From Parcubacteria group bacterium GW2011_GWA1_56_13 (GTDB taxonomy: Bacteria; Patescibacteriota; Minisyncoccia; Phycocordibacterales; Phycocordibacteraceae): 64,000 bases of DNA. The stretch is from the NCBI GenBank assembly GCA_001004905.1, contig LCRY01000001.1:10461-74460 (forward strand), in the 5' to 3' direction. Below, one piece after another: positions 1 through 9,565 of the stretch (its first letter is position 1; every line of letters starts with the position of its first letter). The notes under the pieces were generated by a model. It had not been told where the DNA came from, ran no database searches, and was given only the letters and a program-made list of their open reading frames with translations. Made by a program: the position numbers and the translations under genes.

Positions 1-124
1 ATGCCTCCTGTGGGCCGAATGTATGCCGCCAAACAGCAAGCGGAGTAAAGTGAGTATACTACCATATATGCCTATTTGTCAAGCCCCTGCTCCAGAGCGC
101 CTCTGCCGGTGGTATCATGGGCCG

Positions 125-1795
125 ATGGATTCCCCTTTTGATACGAAGAGCGAGGATGCGAAACTCGCCCAGGTGCGGGAGCGCGAAGAGGAGGACGTGG
201 CCCGCATTCTCTCCGAGAAATACGGCATGTCGTACGCGGACCTCTCTTTGAAACAGGTAGACAACGATGCACTGCGCATCGTTCCGGAGGCGCAGGCGCG
301 GGAAGCGGAGGCGGCGGCGTTCGCCAAGACGGCAAAGACGCTTTCGCTCGCCGTGCATAATCCGAACAATCCTGCTTTCACGAAGCTGAAAGAGGACCTT
401 TCCGCGCGCGAGTTCAAGGTAAAGGAATTCCTCGTATCGAAGAAAAGCCTCGACCGACTCCTGGCGCGGTACGCCGACCTCTCGTTTGCCGTGGAGTCGA
501 AAGCGGGTACGTTTTCCATACCTCCCGAAAATCTGGCAAAACTTATGGGCGCGACGACAACGCGTCTCGGCCTTACGCACGCGCTCGACGAAGCGAGCAA
601 GGAGCATTCGCTTGACCGTATCTCGCACATTCTTGAAGCCCTCTTCGCCGGAGCGTTCGGGCTCCGCGCCTCCGATATTCACATCGAACCGGGAGACGAG
701 CGGACGCTGTTGCGACTCCGCATTGACGGCGTGCTCTCCGACACGTACTTCTTCGACCCGAAAACCTACCATCAGCTGAATTCCCGCATCAAACTCCTGT
801 CGGGAGTGAAGTTGAACGTCACGAACCGCGCGCAAGATGGACGCTTCAGCATCGCCAAGGGCGGGAGCCAGATCGAAGTGCGCGCCTCCTTCATCCCCGG
901 CAACTTCGGCGAGTCCGTCGTGCTCCGCCTCCTCGACCCCGAAACGACCAAGGTCTCCTATACCGAGCTTGGCATCCATCCGAAACTCCTCGAGCGGCTC
1001 GAGAAAGAGATACGGCGCCCGAATGGAATGCTGCTGACGACCGGACCGACCGGGAGCGGCAAGACCACGACCTTGTACTCGTTCCTGCGCGAGATGCAGA
1101 CGCCGGAAATAAAGATAATCACGATCGAGGATCCGGTCGAATATCACCTCGAAGGCATCGTGCAGACGCAGGTGGAGGGCAAAAAATATACCTTCGCCGA
1201 GGGACTCCGCTCTATTGTGCGGCAGGACCCGGATATCATCATGGTGGGCGAGATACGCGACGGAGAGACGGCGAATATCGCCATCCAGGCGGCGCTCACA
1301 GGCCACTTCGTCTTCTCGACCCTGCACACGAACAATGCCGCCGGCACCTTCCCCCGGCTCGCGGACCTCGGTGCCGACCCAAAGTCGTTCGGCTCGGCGG
1401 TAAGCGTGTCGATGGCCCAGCGCCTCGTGCGCCGTTTGCACAAAGACACGAAAAAAGAGCGCTCTCTTACCGATGATGAGAAAAAAATGATAGCGAACGT
1501 GCTCGAGCCGCTCGCCGACAAGAGCCTCATCCCGAAAAAAATAGAAACGGTGTGGGAACCGGCGCCGCAGGACGAGGATGAGACCGGCTACAAGGGACGT
1601 GTCGGTTTGTACGAAGCGATATTCATGGATGACGAGCTCGCGAGTTTTCTGCGCGACAATCCGCCAGAGAACGAGATCTCGAAACTGGCCGCAAAGCAGG
1701 GCTACCTCACCATGGCGCAGGACGGCATACTGAAGGCGCTTTCGGGCCTCACCTCGCTCGACGAAGTCATCGCGACCGTCGAAATTCCTCGCTAG
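125..1795 (+). CDS. GspE/PilB-family type II secretion / type IV pilus assembly ATPase, second paralog in the window. The ORF opens at 23, so the true start may lie upstream.
   Basis: Walker A GPTGSGKTTTLYSFL; Walker B/Asp box IITIEDPVEY; His box LHTNNAAGT; N-terminal GSPII_E_N-like region; about 590 aa, typical PilB rather than PilT length. Confidence 0.8.
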   Translation: MDSPFDTKSEDAKLAQVREREEEDVARILSEKYGMSYADLSLKQVDNDALRIVPEAQAREAEAAAFAKTAKTLSLAVHNPNNPAFTKLKEDLSAREFKVKEFLVSKKSLDRLLARYADLSFAVESKAGTFSIPPENLAKLMGATTTRLGLTHALDEASKEHSLDRISHILEALFAGAFGLRASDIHIEPGDERTLLRLRIDGVLSDTYFFDPKTYHQLNSRIKLLSGVKLNVTNRAQDGRFSIAKGGSQIEVRASFIPGNFGESVVLRLLDPETTKVSYTELGIHPKLLERLEKEIRRPNGMLLTTGPTGSGKTTTLYSFLREMQTPEIKIITIEDPVEYHLEGIVQTQVEGKKYTFAEGLRSIVRQDPDIIMVGEIRDGETANIAIQAALTGHFVFSTLHTNNAAGTFPRLADLGADPKSFGSAVSVSMAQRLVRRLHKDTKKERSLTDDEKKMIANVLEPLADKSLIPKKIETVWEPAPQDEDETGYKGRVGLYEAIFMDDELASFLRDNPPENEISKLAAKQGYLTMAQDGILKALSGLTSLDEVIATVEIPR

Positions 1796-1807
1796 CAGTT
1801 TTTATGG

Positions 1808-1838
1808 AAAAACGCGAGCCTGTGCTCGCGTTTTTGCC
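1808..1838 (+). terminator. Rho-independent terminator after the GspE-like gene
   Basis: Hairpin aacgcgagc-ctgt-gctcgcgtt followed by TTTTT. Confidence 0.6.
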
Positions 1839-2117
1839 TCTCTTCCCGTACATAATCCTCAAGGCAAAACCCCGTGAGATAAAGAAGTTTGAAATGGCAC
1901 GGTCTCATGAATTGAGTCGTACATTCAAGATTTATCTCGCAGCAAACGTCCTTATCTCACGGGGGTAGACGAGACACCTGAGGAGATTCCCAGCGCCACG
2001 ACCGAAGTCGCGGACCAGAAAATCCTTGGGGAAACGCCCGAAGCCGTCAAGCCTTGCCTAGAGGAGTATGAACAGGATCAATAAACTGTGATAGAATGCT
2101 AGCATCATATAATTTTT

Positions 2118-3110
2118 ATGTCAAGTCCCCGTTCCGGCCTGCCCTCTCTGCCCGCTTCGCTTGACGCGGCCCTACGCCCCTCACGATGGGACGAATATGT
2201 CGGACAAAAACAAGTGAAAGCGAATATCCGAATCGCCATTGACGCCGCCAAAAAACGCGGGGGAATGCCGGAACATATTCTCTTCTACGGCCCGCCGGGC
2301 GTCGGAAAGACGACGCTTGCCCATCTTGTCGCCGCGGCGCTTGAATCGCCCATGAAAAGCACTTCCGGCGTCGCCATCGAGCGGGCGGGCGATCTGGCCG
2401 CCATTCTCACCAATCTTGAGCCGAATACGGTCTTGTTCATAGACGAAATCCACCGTCTCTCGCGCAAGATAGAGGAATTGCTCTACCCCGCACTCGAATC
2501 GGGACATCTCGATCTTGTGCTCGGCAAAGGGCCCTCGGCGCGCACGGTTGAACTCTCCCTCCCTCCCTTCACGCTCGTTGGCGCGACGACGCGCGTCGCG
2601 GAACTGTCCGGGCCGTTGCGCTCACGCTTCGGCGGGGGCGTTTACCAGCTCGATTTCTATAGCAACGAGGACCTATGGGACATCGTCCGACGCTCGGCTC
2701 GCCTTTTGAACCTCAAGGCACCGAAAGAGGTCATTGAGAGCATCGCGGCGCGGAGTCGCGCGACACCACGAGTCGCGAACGCGCTCCTGAAACGTGTTCG
2801 CGACTTCTCCGAAGTGCACGAGCGCGCCCTTTCCATCGCTCTCTGCGACGAGGCGTGCGAATTGTTTGGCATTGACGCGCTCGGGCTCACCAAAGACGAC
2901 AGACGTTACTTGGACGTCCTCCTTAAAAGTTTCCGGGGCGGCCCGGCCGGCGTCAGCGCTCTTGCGGCCGCGCTCCACGAGGACGTGGATACCGTCGAAT
3001 ATGTGTATGAACCGTATTTGCTGCGCCTTGGCTTTCTGGAACGCTCGAGTCGCGGGCGCATTCTCACCCCGAAAGGCCGCTCATACTTGACCGGCGACGT
3101 TCTTTTATAA
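2118..3110 (+). CDS. ruvB: Holliday junction branch migration helicase RuvB
   Basis: GPPGVGKTTLAHL Walker A; LFIDEIHRL Walker B; RuvB-type order and length (330 aa). Confidence 0.9.
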   Translation: MSSPRSGLPSLPASLDAALRPSRWDEYVGQKQVKANIRIAIDAAKKRGGMPEHILFYGPPGVGKTTLAHLVAAALESPMKSTSGVAIERAGDLAAILTNLEPNTVLFIDEIHRLSRKIEELLYPALESGHLDLVLGKGPSARTVELSLPPFTLVGATTRVAELSGPLRSRFGGGVYQLDFYSNEDLWDIVRRSARLLNLKAPKEVIESIAARSRATPRVANALLKRVRDFSEVHERALSIALCDEACELFGIDALGLTKDDRRYLDVLLKSFRGGPAGVSALAAALHEDVDTVEYVYEPYLLRLGFLERSSRGRILTPKGRSYLTGDVLL

Positions 3111-3219
3111 CGCAACCTGTAAAAGCGGGGTGGGCCGAAAAGTGGGTGGTGGAACTTGGCTCAGCGGTCCGGAGCGCCGCTCATTTTGCCGCTCGCGATC
3201 AAATTGCTATCATTGGAGG

Positions 3220-3774
3220 ATGTCAGGTCACAGTAAATGGTCCCAGATTAAGCGGCAAAAGTCGGTATCTGACGCGGCACGGAGCCGCACTTTCTCTCGG
3301 TTCGCGCGTCTTATCGCTCTTGAATCGAAAAAGTCCAATGGTGTCCTCTCGGCACCCGGCCTTGCGGCCGCCGTCTCGCGTGCGAAGGCCGCGAATATGC
3401 CCAAAGACAACATCGAGCGCGCCATCAAGAAGGGGATGTCCAAAGATTCGGGGGATCTCGAAACCGTCGTATACGAAGCATACGGTCCCGGCGGCGTTGC
3501 CATCATCATTACCGCGTTAACCGATAATAAAAACCGTACGACGCAGGAAATAAAGCATCTGCTTTCCCTCCATGGTGTCGAACTTGCGTCTTTAGGCGCC
3601 GCGAGCTGGGCGTTCACCAAGAACGCCGACGGATATGTGCCGAATGAACCCGGCGTCGAGGTCGCTGGTGCCGATGAAGAGCTCCTTTCCACAATTTTAG
3701 AAGCATTGGACGAGCACGACGACGTGCAACGGGTGTTCACGAACGCGAACGGCTATGCGGATACTGGCAATTGA
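3220..3774 (+). CDS. yebC: YebC/PmpR-family transcriptional regulator
   Basis: N-terminus MSGHSKWSQIKRQK matches the YebC signature MAGHSKW..IK; about 185 aa from that Met. Confidence 0.85.
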   Translation: MSGHSKWSQIKRQKSVSDAARSRTFSRFARLIALESKKSNGVLSAPGLAAAVSRAKAANMPKDNIERAIKKGMSKDSGDLETVVYEAYGPGGVAIIITALTDNKNRTTQEIKHLLSLHGVELASLGAASWAFTKNADGYVPNEPGVEVAGADEELLSTILEALDEHDDVQRVFTNANGYADTGN

Positions 3775-4228
3775 TCCGGGCTATGACCGTCTCGGCATGG
3801 CGGTCCTCGAAGGGACTGCCTCAAAGCCGGAGTTGCTCTGGAGCGATTGTGTGACTCCCGAGAAAGGAGCGCCGGCCAGCCGGCTTGCGCATGTGTCGCG
3901 TGCAGTTACGGACGCGATCATGAAATATTCCCCCGACGCCCTCTCCATCGAGACGCTCTTTTTCAGTGTCAATAAGAAAACAGCCATTGGGGTCGCCGAA
4001 GCGCGCGGAGCAATCCTTGCGGCCGCCGGCGCTTTGTCCATTCCAGTGAAAGAATATTCGCCTCAGCAGGTGAAGAATGCGGTGACCGGCCACGGCGGCG
4101 CCGACAAAACGGCGGTCGCGCGCATGCTTCCGCTACTCCTAAAACTCCCGGGGAAAAAGCGCACTGATGATGAGCTCGATGCAATCGCCATCGGCATTAC
4201 GTCACTAGTGGTATCATACGAATCATGA
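3755..4228 (+). CDS. ruvC: Crossover junction endodeoxyribonuclease RuvC
   Basis: MRILAIDPGYDRLGMAV N-terminus (RuvC catalytic Asp); 157 aa; adjacent to ruvB; TGA stop overlaps the next ATG (ATGA). Confidence 0.85.
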   Translation: MRILAIDPGYDRLGMAVLEGTASKPELLWSDCVTPEKGAPASRLAHVSRAVTDAIMKYSPDALSIETLFFSVNKKTAIGVAEARGAILAAAGALSIPVKEYSPQQVKNAVTGHGGADKTAVARMLPLLLKLPGKKRTDDELDAIAIGITSLVVSYES

Positions 4229-6393
4229 CCGTTCGCCGGCGCGCCTCATGGCGACATGCATTCCATGCGTCCGTTCTCGCTTTTTTCGGGTTCGGATTCC
4301 TTGTACTCGGGATATTGTTTGTGCTGGTCGCCGCCACTCCCGTGCTCGATATCAGCTCGTTTGCAGCCCGACAGTTGGATCAGTCTACGAAAATCTACGA
4401 CCGCACCGGACAGATCCTTTTATATGACTACAATCGGGACGCGAAACGCGAAATCGTTCCTTTGTACAATATATCGCCGAATATCATAAACGCCACGATC
4501 GCGATCGAAGATTCCAGTTTCTATGAACATGGGGGAATCCGATTCACTTCCATTATTCGTGCGATGATAGCCGATGCACTCGGCGGATCACTCTCCCAAG
4601 GAGGATCGACCATCACCCAACAGGTCGTGAAAAACACTCTTCTTACCAGCAGGAAAAGTATCGTCCGCAAACTGCATGAATGGGTGCTTGCCATCAAGCT
4701 AGAGCAGGTTTATTCCAAGGATCAGATCCTCGAAGCGTACCTCAACAACATTCCTTACGGCGGCACGCTCTACGGCGTGGAGGCGGCGGCCGAGGCCTAT
4801 TTTGGGAAAACCGCGAAGGACATCACCTCTGCCGAGGCCTCTTACCTCGCAGCCATGATCCAGGCGCCTACGTATTATTCCCCTTATGGAACGCATCAGA
4901 AAGAGTTGTCCGCCCGCAAGGACCTCGTCCTTAAGAGGATGTACACATTGGGTTTCATACAGGACATCGAATACGAGCAGGCGAGAAACGAGAAGATTTC
5001 CTTTGCTCCCGCAGGGCAGAATTCCATCATCGCCCCCCATTTCGTGTTCTATATCCTGAATCAGTTGGAAGAAAAATATGGCAAGAACATGCTTATTTCT
5101 GGGCTGAAGGTGACGACGACGCTTGACGCCGATCTTGAGACAAAAGCTGAATCGATCGTAAATCAGTACGCCCTCCAGAACGAAAAGAAGTTTAGGGCGT
5201 CGAACGCTTCCCTCGTCGCCCTCGACCCGGCGACCGGCCAGATCCTCGCGATGGTCGGTTCGCGGGATTTTTTCGATACGGCTATAGACGGTCAATATAA
5301 TGCGGCACTCGCCTCGCGTCAGCCGGGCTCCACGATGAAACCATTCATTTATTCATTGGCGCTTATGAATGGCTACACGCGCAACACGGTCGTGTTTGAC
5401 GTGCCGACACAGTTCTCCACTGCATGCCGCCCATCGGACGTGAACAATAGAACTTCTCCCTGTTATGCACCCCTTGATTACGATAATAAGTTCCGGGGCC
5501 CTATGACATTTGAAACCGCCCTCGCCCAATCCATTAATATTCCCGCTATTAAAGTCCTTTACTTGGTCGGCATACAAAACGCCATAAATCTCGCGAAGTC
5601 ATTCGGTCTCACCACACTCGGCAATCCAAACCAATACGGTCTCACGCTCGTGCTCGGCGGCGGCGAAGTCCGCCTCTTGGATCTGACGGGGGCCTTCGGT
5701 GTCTTCGCCAATGACGGCGTACTTGCCTCTCCGACCGGCATTCTTCAAGTCGATGACGCGCAAGGAAATGTGCTTGAAAAATATGATGCACATCTCTCGA
5801 GGGTCGTGCCCGAACATATTGCTCGAGATATGTCTGCGATGCTCTCTGATGCACAGGCGCGTCTACCGGAATATCCACTCGATTCACCATTGTCTTTCCC
5901 GGGCTATGATGTCGCGGTGAAGACGGGTACGACGGACGATACGCGCGATGCGTGGGTCATCGGCTATACACCGTCGGTCGCGCTCGGCGTCTGGGTGGGA
6001 AATAACGACAATACGCCGATGGTGAAATCCGTAGCTGGGTTTATCGCGGCACCAATGTGGCATGAGGCAATGGCGTATGCTCTTTCAAAATATCCGAGAT
6101 CCTATTTCGGCGAAGCGAGCCCCATTCCTGTATCTGTACCGCCTATGCTCCGAGGAAATTGGCAAATCCCTGATGCGAATGGAATTATTTTCCCTCATAG
6201 TTTGCTGTACTGGACGGATAAAAATAATCCCCAAGGACCGCCTCCTTCTAACCCGGCGCGAGATCCCCAGTTTGAGTACTGGGAGTACGGGATTTCAGCA
6301 TGGTATTACCTGCACCCCGAACTTTTCACCAATCCACCCCTTTTCGTCCCTCTTTCTTCCTCCTTCTCCTCGTCGGAGCAATCTTCTCTGTAA
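4225..6393 (+). CDS. Class A penicillin-binding protein with transglycosylase and transpeptidase domains
   Basis: N-terminal TM; GT51 motifs EDSSFYEHGGI and QGGSTITQQ; SxxK-like transpeptidase region STMKP, KTGTT; 722 aa. Confidence 0.85.
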   Translation: MTVRRRASWRHAFHASVLAFFGFGFLVLGILFVLVAATPVLDISSFAARQLDQSTKIYDRTGQILLYDYNRDAKREIVPLYNISPNIINATIAIEDSSFYEHGGIRFTSIIRAMIADALGGSLSQGGSTITQQVVKNTLLTSRKSIVRKLHEWVLAIKLEQVYSKDQILEAYLNNIPYGGTLYGVEAAAEAYFGKTAKDITSAEASYLAAMIQAPTYYSPYGTHQKELSARKDLVLKRMYTLGFIQDIEYEQARNEKISFAPAGQNSIIAPHFVFYILNQLEEKYGKNMLISGLKVTTTLDADLETKAESIVNQYALQNEKKFRASNASLVALDPATGQILAMVGSRDFFDTAIDGQYNAALASRQPGSTMKPFIYSLALMNGYTRNTVVFDVPTQFSTACRPSDVNNRTSPCYAPLDYDNKFRGPMTFETALAQSINIPAIKVLYLVGIQNAINLAKSFGLTTLGNPNQYGLTLVLGGGEVRLLDLTGAFGVFANDGVLASPTGILQVDDAQGNVLEKYDAHLSRVVPEHIARDMSAMLSDAQARLPEYPLDSPLSFPGYDVAVKTGTTDDTRDAWVIGYTPSVALGVWVGNNDNTPMVKSVAGFIAAPMWHEAMAYALSKYPRSYFGEASPIPVSVPPMLRGNWQIPDANGIIFPHSLLYWTDKNNPQGPPPSNPARDPQFEYWEYGISAWYYLHPELFTNPPLFVPLSSSFSSSEQSSL

Positions 6394-6399
6394 TAACGG

Positions 6400-7500
6400 T
6401 TATTGATTCATTGGAGAAACAAGATAAAGGAGTGAGGTATCCCCGACCCCTTTTATGATAAGCGGTCGACCTATTCCTGCGGCAAGTAATGAAATGCTTT
6501 CGGTTGTTGTGAGCGAGAGCGCTGCCAAGAGGTATCGATGATTGAAGGAAAGGTCTAGAGGGCTTCCTGAGATATTCGCGCTCAAGGTTTCCGAGGATTC
6601 GCCGATATCGAAGTTTTTCGCAAAAAAGGAGAAGTTGTTCTTTTTTGGGTTGAAACTGATTTTTACTTTCTGGAACGCATCGGAGAATATTGTCGTTCTT
6701 TTAAGAGCCGTTTCGAAATCCTTTCTAAGCACGACTGCCTCTACGATCGATTCTTTTGGTATGATTTGCCGGTAATCGGGATAGACCGCATTTGTGAGAC
6801 GGGAGACGAACATTCCTTGAGAAGCAACAAAAGCGCATTGATGCTCGTCGAATGACATGATTATATCGTCGTCTGGCAGCGCTTGCGCTATTTCGAGAGC
6901 GTTCTTTGCGGGAATAAGGAATTTACCTTGCGTTCCCTTATTGGAAAGGGGAATTTTTTTCTCTGCAAGGCGGAATGAATCGGTGGCAACGGCTGTTAGC
7001 ACCCCCCCTTCTATAGACATATAAATGCTTGATAATTCGGGGCGAACCATAGAGGAGGACGCACATGGCGCAATGGAGGTAAAAAGGTTTTTTAAGAGAA
7101 CACCAGGAAGCACCACTCTATTTTTTGGATTTTCTGGGAATGGAATGGTTGGAAAATCATCATAAGGGACCGTTTTTATCAAACTTTTGCCCGTACCGCT
7201 CATAAGTGAGACAGTGTCGCCAGTATGCTCGATAGTGATATTTCCTTCCTGGGTGAGCGTTCCTGCTATTTGTTGTAGAACAGCTGCAGGGATCGCAACG
7301 ACCCCATCGCTTATATATTTTCCTTCTAATTTTAGATCGATACCTATTTCGAGATTTGTCGCGCGCATTTTTATACCATCATGTCCGGCAATAATCAGTA
7401 TTGAAGATAAAACAGGAAGTGTCGTATTCTTCCTTTCGGCAAACCTAGACACTTTATACACAGCGTCAGAGAATTCTTTTTTTTCTATTGAAATATTCAT
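6400..7500 (-). CDS. dnaN: DNA polymerase III beta sliding clamp
   Basis: 366 aa; MNISIEKKEFSDAVYKVSRF...LPVLSSILI beta-clamp N-terminus; immediately downstream of dnaA. Confidence 0.9.
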   Translation of the reverse strand: MNISIEKKEFSDAVYKVSRFAERKNTTLPVLSSILIIAGHDGIKMRATNLEIGIDLKLEGKYISDGVVAIPAAVLQQIAGTLTQEGNITIEHTGDTVSLMSGTGKSLIKTVPYDDFPTIPFPENPKNRVVLPGVLLKNLFTSIAPCASSSMVRPELSSIYMSIEGGVLTAVATDSFRLAEKKIPLSNKGTQGKFLIPAKNALEIAQALPDDDIIMSFDEHQCAFVASQGMFVSRLTNAVYPDYRQIIPKESIVEAVVLRKDFETALKRTTIFSDAFQKVKISFNPKKNNFSFFAKNFDIGESSETLSANISGSPLDLSFNHRYLLAALSLTTTESISLLAAGIGRPLIIKGVGDTSLLYLVSPMNQ

Positions 7501-7612
7501 ACAATTCTTATTAAGGGTGTTGGTATTGGGGATATGGTAAAAAAATCAGATTTTATTTGTGCAACATTCCTTTTACTGAGTGCGCAATCTGTTGGTAATG
7601 ATGAAAAATAAC
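7501..7612. promoter_or_regulatory. AT-rich dnaA-dnaN intergenic region, candidate oriC element
   Basis: 112 bp of very AT-rich sequence. Flanked by DnaA-box TTATCCACA at 7659-7667 and GTTATCCAC (reverse) at 7697-7705 just inside the dnaA 3' end. Confidence 0.35.
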
Positions 7613-8962
7613 TCATACAAGTAGGGTACGAATATTTTGTATTTCTTTTGCCAGGTCGTTATCCACAATCACTTCCCGTTTTATCTTCTCACAGGAGTGG
7701 ATAACTGTTGTGTGATCGCGCCCACCAAGTTTTGTTCCTATGGTCGGATACGAAATGCTAAAATCCTCCCGCAAAATATACATAATGACCTGTCTCGGAC
7801 GCACCACTTCTCTTCTGCGTGTTTTTTCATAAATACTTTCTTCGTCAATACCGTAAAATGCCGCCACCTTATCTACAACATTCTTAACCGAGATATTTTT
7901 CTGGGGCCGTGTGAATGAACGAAGGGATTGACGGACTTCGACGATATCTGGAGCGACTCCTTTCACCTGCGCATGGCACACAATACTATTCACCATACCC
8001 TCCAATTCGCGTATAGAGCCGCTCATAGTGGAAGCGACATACTCGACGACCTCATCAGAAAGTATGACGCCATGGGAAGCAGCTTTCTTCCTGGCAATTG
8101 CCATGCGCGATTCAGGATCCGGTTCCCCAATATCAACCGACATACCACTTGCCAAACGGCCTTTTAAACGCTCGGCGATATCGGGGATGGCTACCGGGGC
8201 CCGATCGGAGGAAAAAATGATCTGTTTATTTGTGTCATGAAGAGCATTGAACAGATGGAATAATTCCTCTTCACTCCGCTCCTTCTTCGAAAGAAATTGG
8301 ACGTCATCCATGATGAGAAGGTCATAATGACGGTATTTATCTTTGAACCGATTCGCAGTTCCCGCCTGAACGGCATCGGTGTAATCAATAACGAACTTTT
8401 CGGAGGTGAGGTAATACACCTTACGACCAGGGTATTGTTTTTTGTATTGATTGCCGATCGCCTGGATGAGATGGGTTTTCCCGCGCCCGGTATCTCCGTA
8501 AATAAAAAGAGGATTGTATGTTATACCAGGGCGCTCGAGTGCTGCTTGTGCGGCCGCATACGCGAGATTATTGAAAGAGCCGATAACAAACGTGTCGAAT
8601 GTATATCGTGGGTTCAAATTATCACTTTTATTGATATAGAATTCATCAAGGGGAAGTTCAAGTGCTCCCCGCACGTTCCTTACCTCCTTTAATGCCTTAC
8701 GCCGTTCGTCCTTTACGATGAGATACTCGATATTACGGAACTCATAGGACACATCACGGACTATTTTGAGAAGGAGTGTGTGGAACTTCTTGAGGTACCA
8801 GTCCTTGAAGAACTGACTCGGCACACCGATGAAGATGACACCATCCTCCACCTTCACGATAAAACTGTTGCGGAACCATGTATTGAAATTTGCCGGCGAT
8901 ATCGAGAGTTCCACCTGTGTGAGAATGTATTCCCAGAGCTCTCGAGGATTCCCTTTATCCAT
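7613..8962 (-). CDS. dnaA: Chromosomal replication initiator DnaA
   Basis: 449 aa; Walker A GDTGRGKTHLIQAIGN; AAA+ and C-terminal domain IV; classic dnaA-dnaN with divergent rpmH-rnpA-yidC. Confidence 0.95.
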   Translation of the reverse strand: MDKGNPRELWEYILTQVELSISPANFNTWFRNSFIVKVEDGVIFIGVPSQFFKDWYLKKFHTLLLKIVRDVSYEFRNIEYLIVKDERRKALKEVRNVRGALELPLDEFYINKSDNLNPRYTFDTFVIGSFNNLAYAAAQAALERPGITYNPLFIYGDTGRGKTHLIQAIGNQYKKQYPGRKVYYLTSEKFVIDYTDAVQAGTANRFKDKYRHYDLLIMDDVQFLSKKERSEEELFHLFNALHDTNKQIIFSSDRAPVAIPDIAERLKGRLASGMSVDIGEPDPESRMAIARKKAASHGVILSDEVVEYVASTMSGSIRELEGMVNSIVCHAQVKGVAPDIVEVRQSLRSFTRPQKNISVKNVVDKVAAFYGIDEESIYEKTRRREVVRPRQVIMYILREDFSISYPTIGTKLGGRDHTTVIHSCEKIKREVIVDNDLAKEIQNIRTLLV

Positions 8963-9060
8963 AGTGCCTGGAGTATACTCTTATCGAGAAGGTAAAGCAC
9001 CAATGGTTTTTCCTGGGGAAACTGTTAATATCATGTGCATAACGTAATTTCACAATTTTT
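8963..9060. promoter_or_regulatory. dnaA-rpmH divergent intergenic region (promoters; alternative oriC location)
   Basis: 98 bp between the divergent dnaA and rpmH starts; contains the imperfect box tgtgcataa. Confidence 0.3.
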
Positions 9061-9198
9061 ATGTCAAAACGCACGTATCAGCCGAAAAAAAGGAAGCGGG
9101 CGCGAGCCCATGGCTTCCGTTCGCGCAGATCAACATCTGCCGGACGCAAGATTATGCGGGGTCGGCGACGTATCGGACGCTCTCGATTGTCCGCCTAA
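9061..9198 (+). CDS. rpmH: 50S ribosomal protein L34
   Basis: 45 aa [48 protein letters not shown], not in the ORF track (<60 aa); classic L34 consensus; precedes rnpA. Confidence 0.9.
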   Translation: MSKRTYQPKKRKRARAHGFRSRRSTSAGRKIMRGRRRIGRSRLSA

Positions 9199-9203
9199 TC
9201 TTT

Positions 9204-9551
9204 GTGTTTCCACGCCGAAAACGGCTTCCTCGTTCGGCTTTCCCGGCCGCCCTGTCGACCGGCCGGCGTATCTCCTCCGCGCACTTTTCTGCCATCCTCC
9301 CGAAGGAGGCGGAGGGGTATGCCGTCGTCGTTTCGAAAAAAATTGCCCGGCTTTCGGTCGTACGGCATCGTATCAAGCGGCGGGTACTTGAAGCACTTCG
9401 GGGCATTTTGCGCTCAAGGAGGGACATTCCTCCAGCGCTCATACTCTTCCCTAAACAAACGGTAGAAAGGATGGATCATAAAACCATGCAGGAGGAACTG
9501 GAAGTACTTATTTCTAGAACCTCCACTCGGCGGCACGCGGGCGACAAATAG
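9204..9551 (+). CDS. rnpA: RNase P protein component
   Basis: 115 aa basic protein; RLPRSAFPAALSTGRRISSAHFS...VVVSKKIARLSVVRHRIKRRV matches the RnpA RNR-motif region; rpmH-rnpA-yidC synteny. Confidence 0.85.
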   Translation: MFPRRKRLPRSAFPAALSTGRRISSAHFSAILPKEAEGYAVVVSKKIARLSVVRHRIKRRVLEALRGILRSRRDIPPALILFPKQTVERMDHKTMQEELEVLISRTSTRRHAGDK

Positions 9552-9565
9552 CGTACAATACTCCC

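Noticed and set aside
59-1441. 460-aa minus-strand ORF and other long ORFs antisense to recognised genes: 13923-14834 (+), 25451-26344 (+), 25551-26498 (+), 27480-28466 (+), 29254-30045 (+), 33593-34516 (+), 35391-36155 (-), 36671-37408 (-), 38146-39285 (-), 41860-42483 (+), 42764-43417 (-), 54568-55458 (+), 55747-56715 (-)
   Set aside because: Each lies opposite a gene with clear homology motifs. High GC content suppresses stop codons in non-coding frames. These ORFs have Arg/Ala/Pro-rich low-complexity composition with no motifs.
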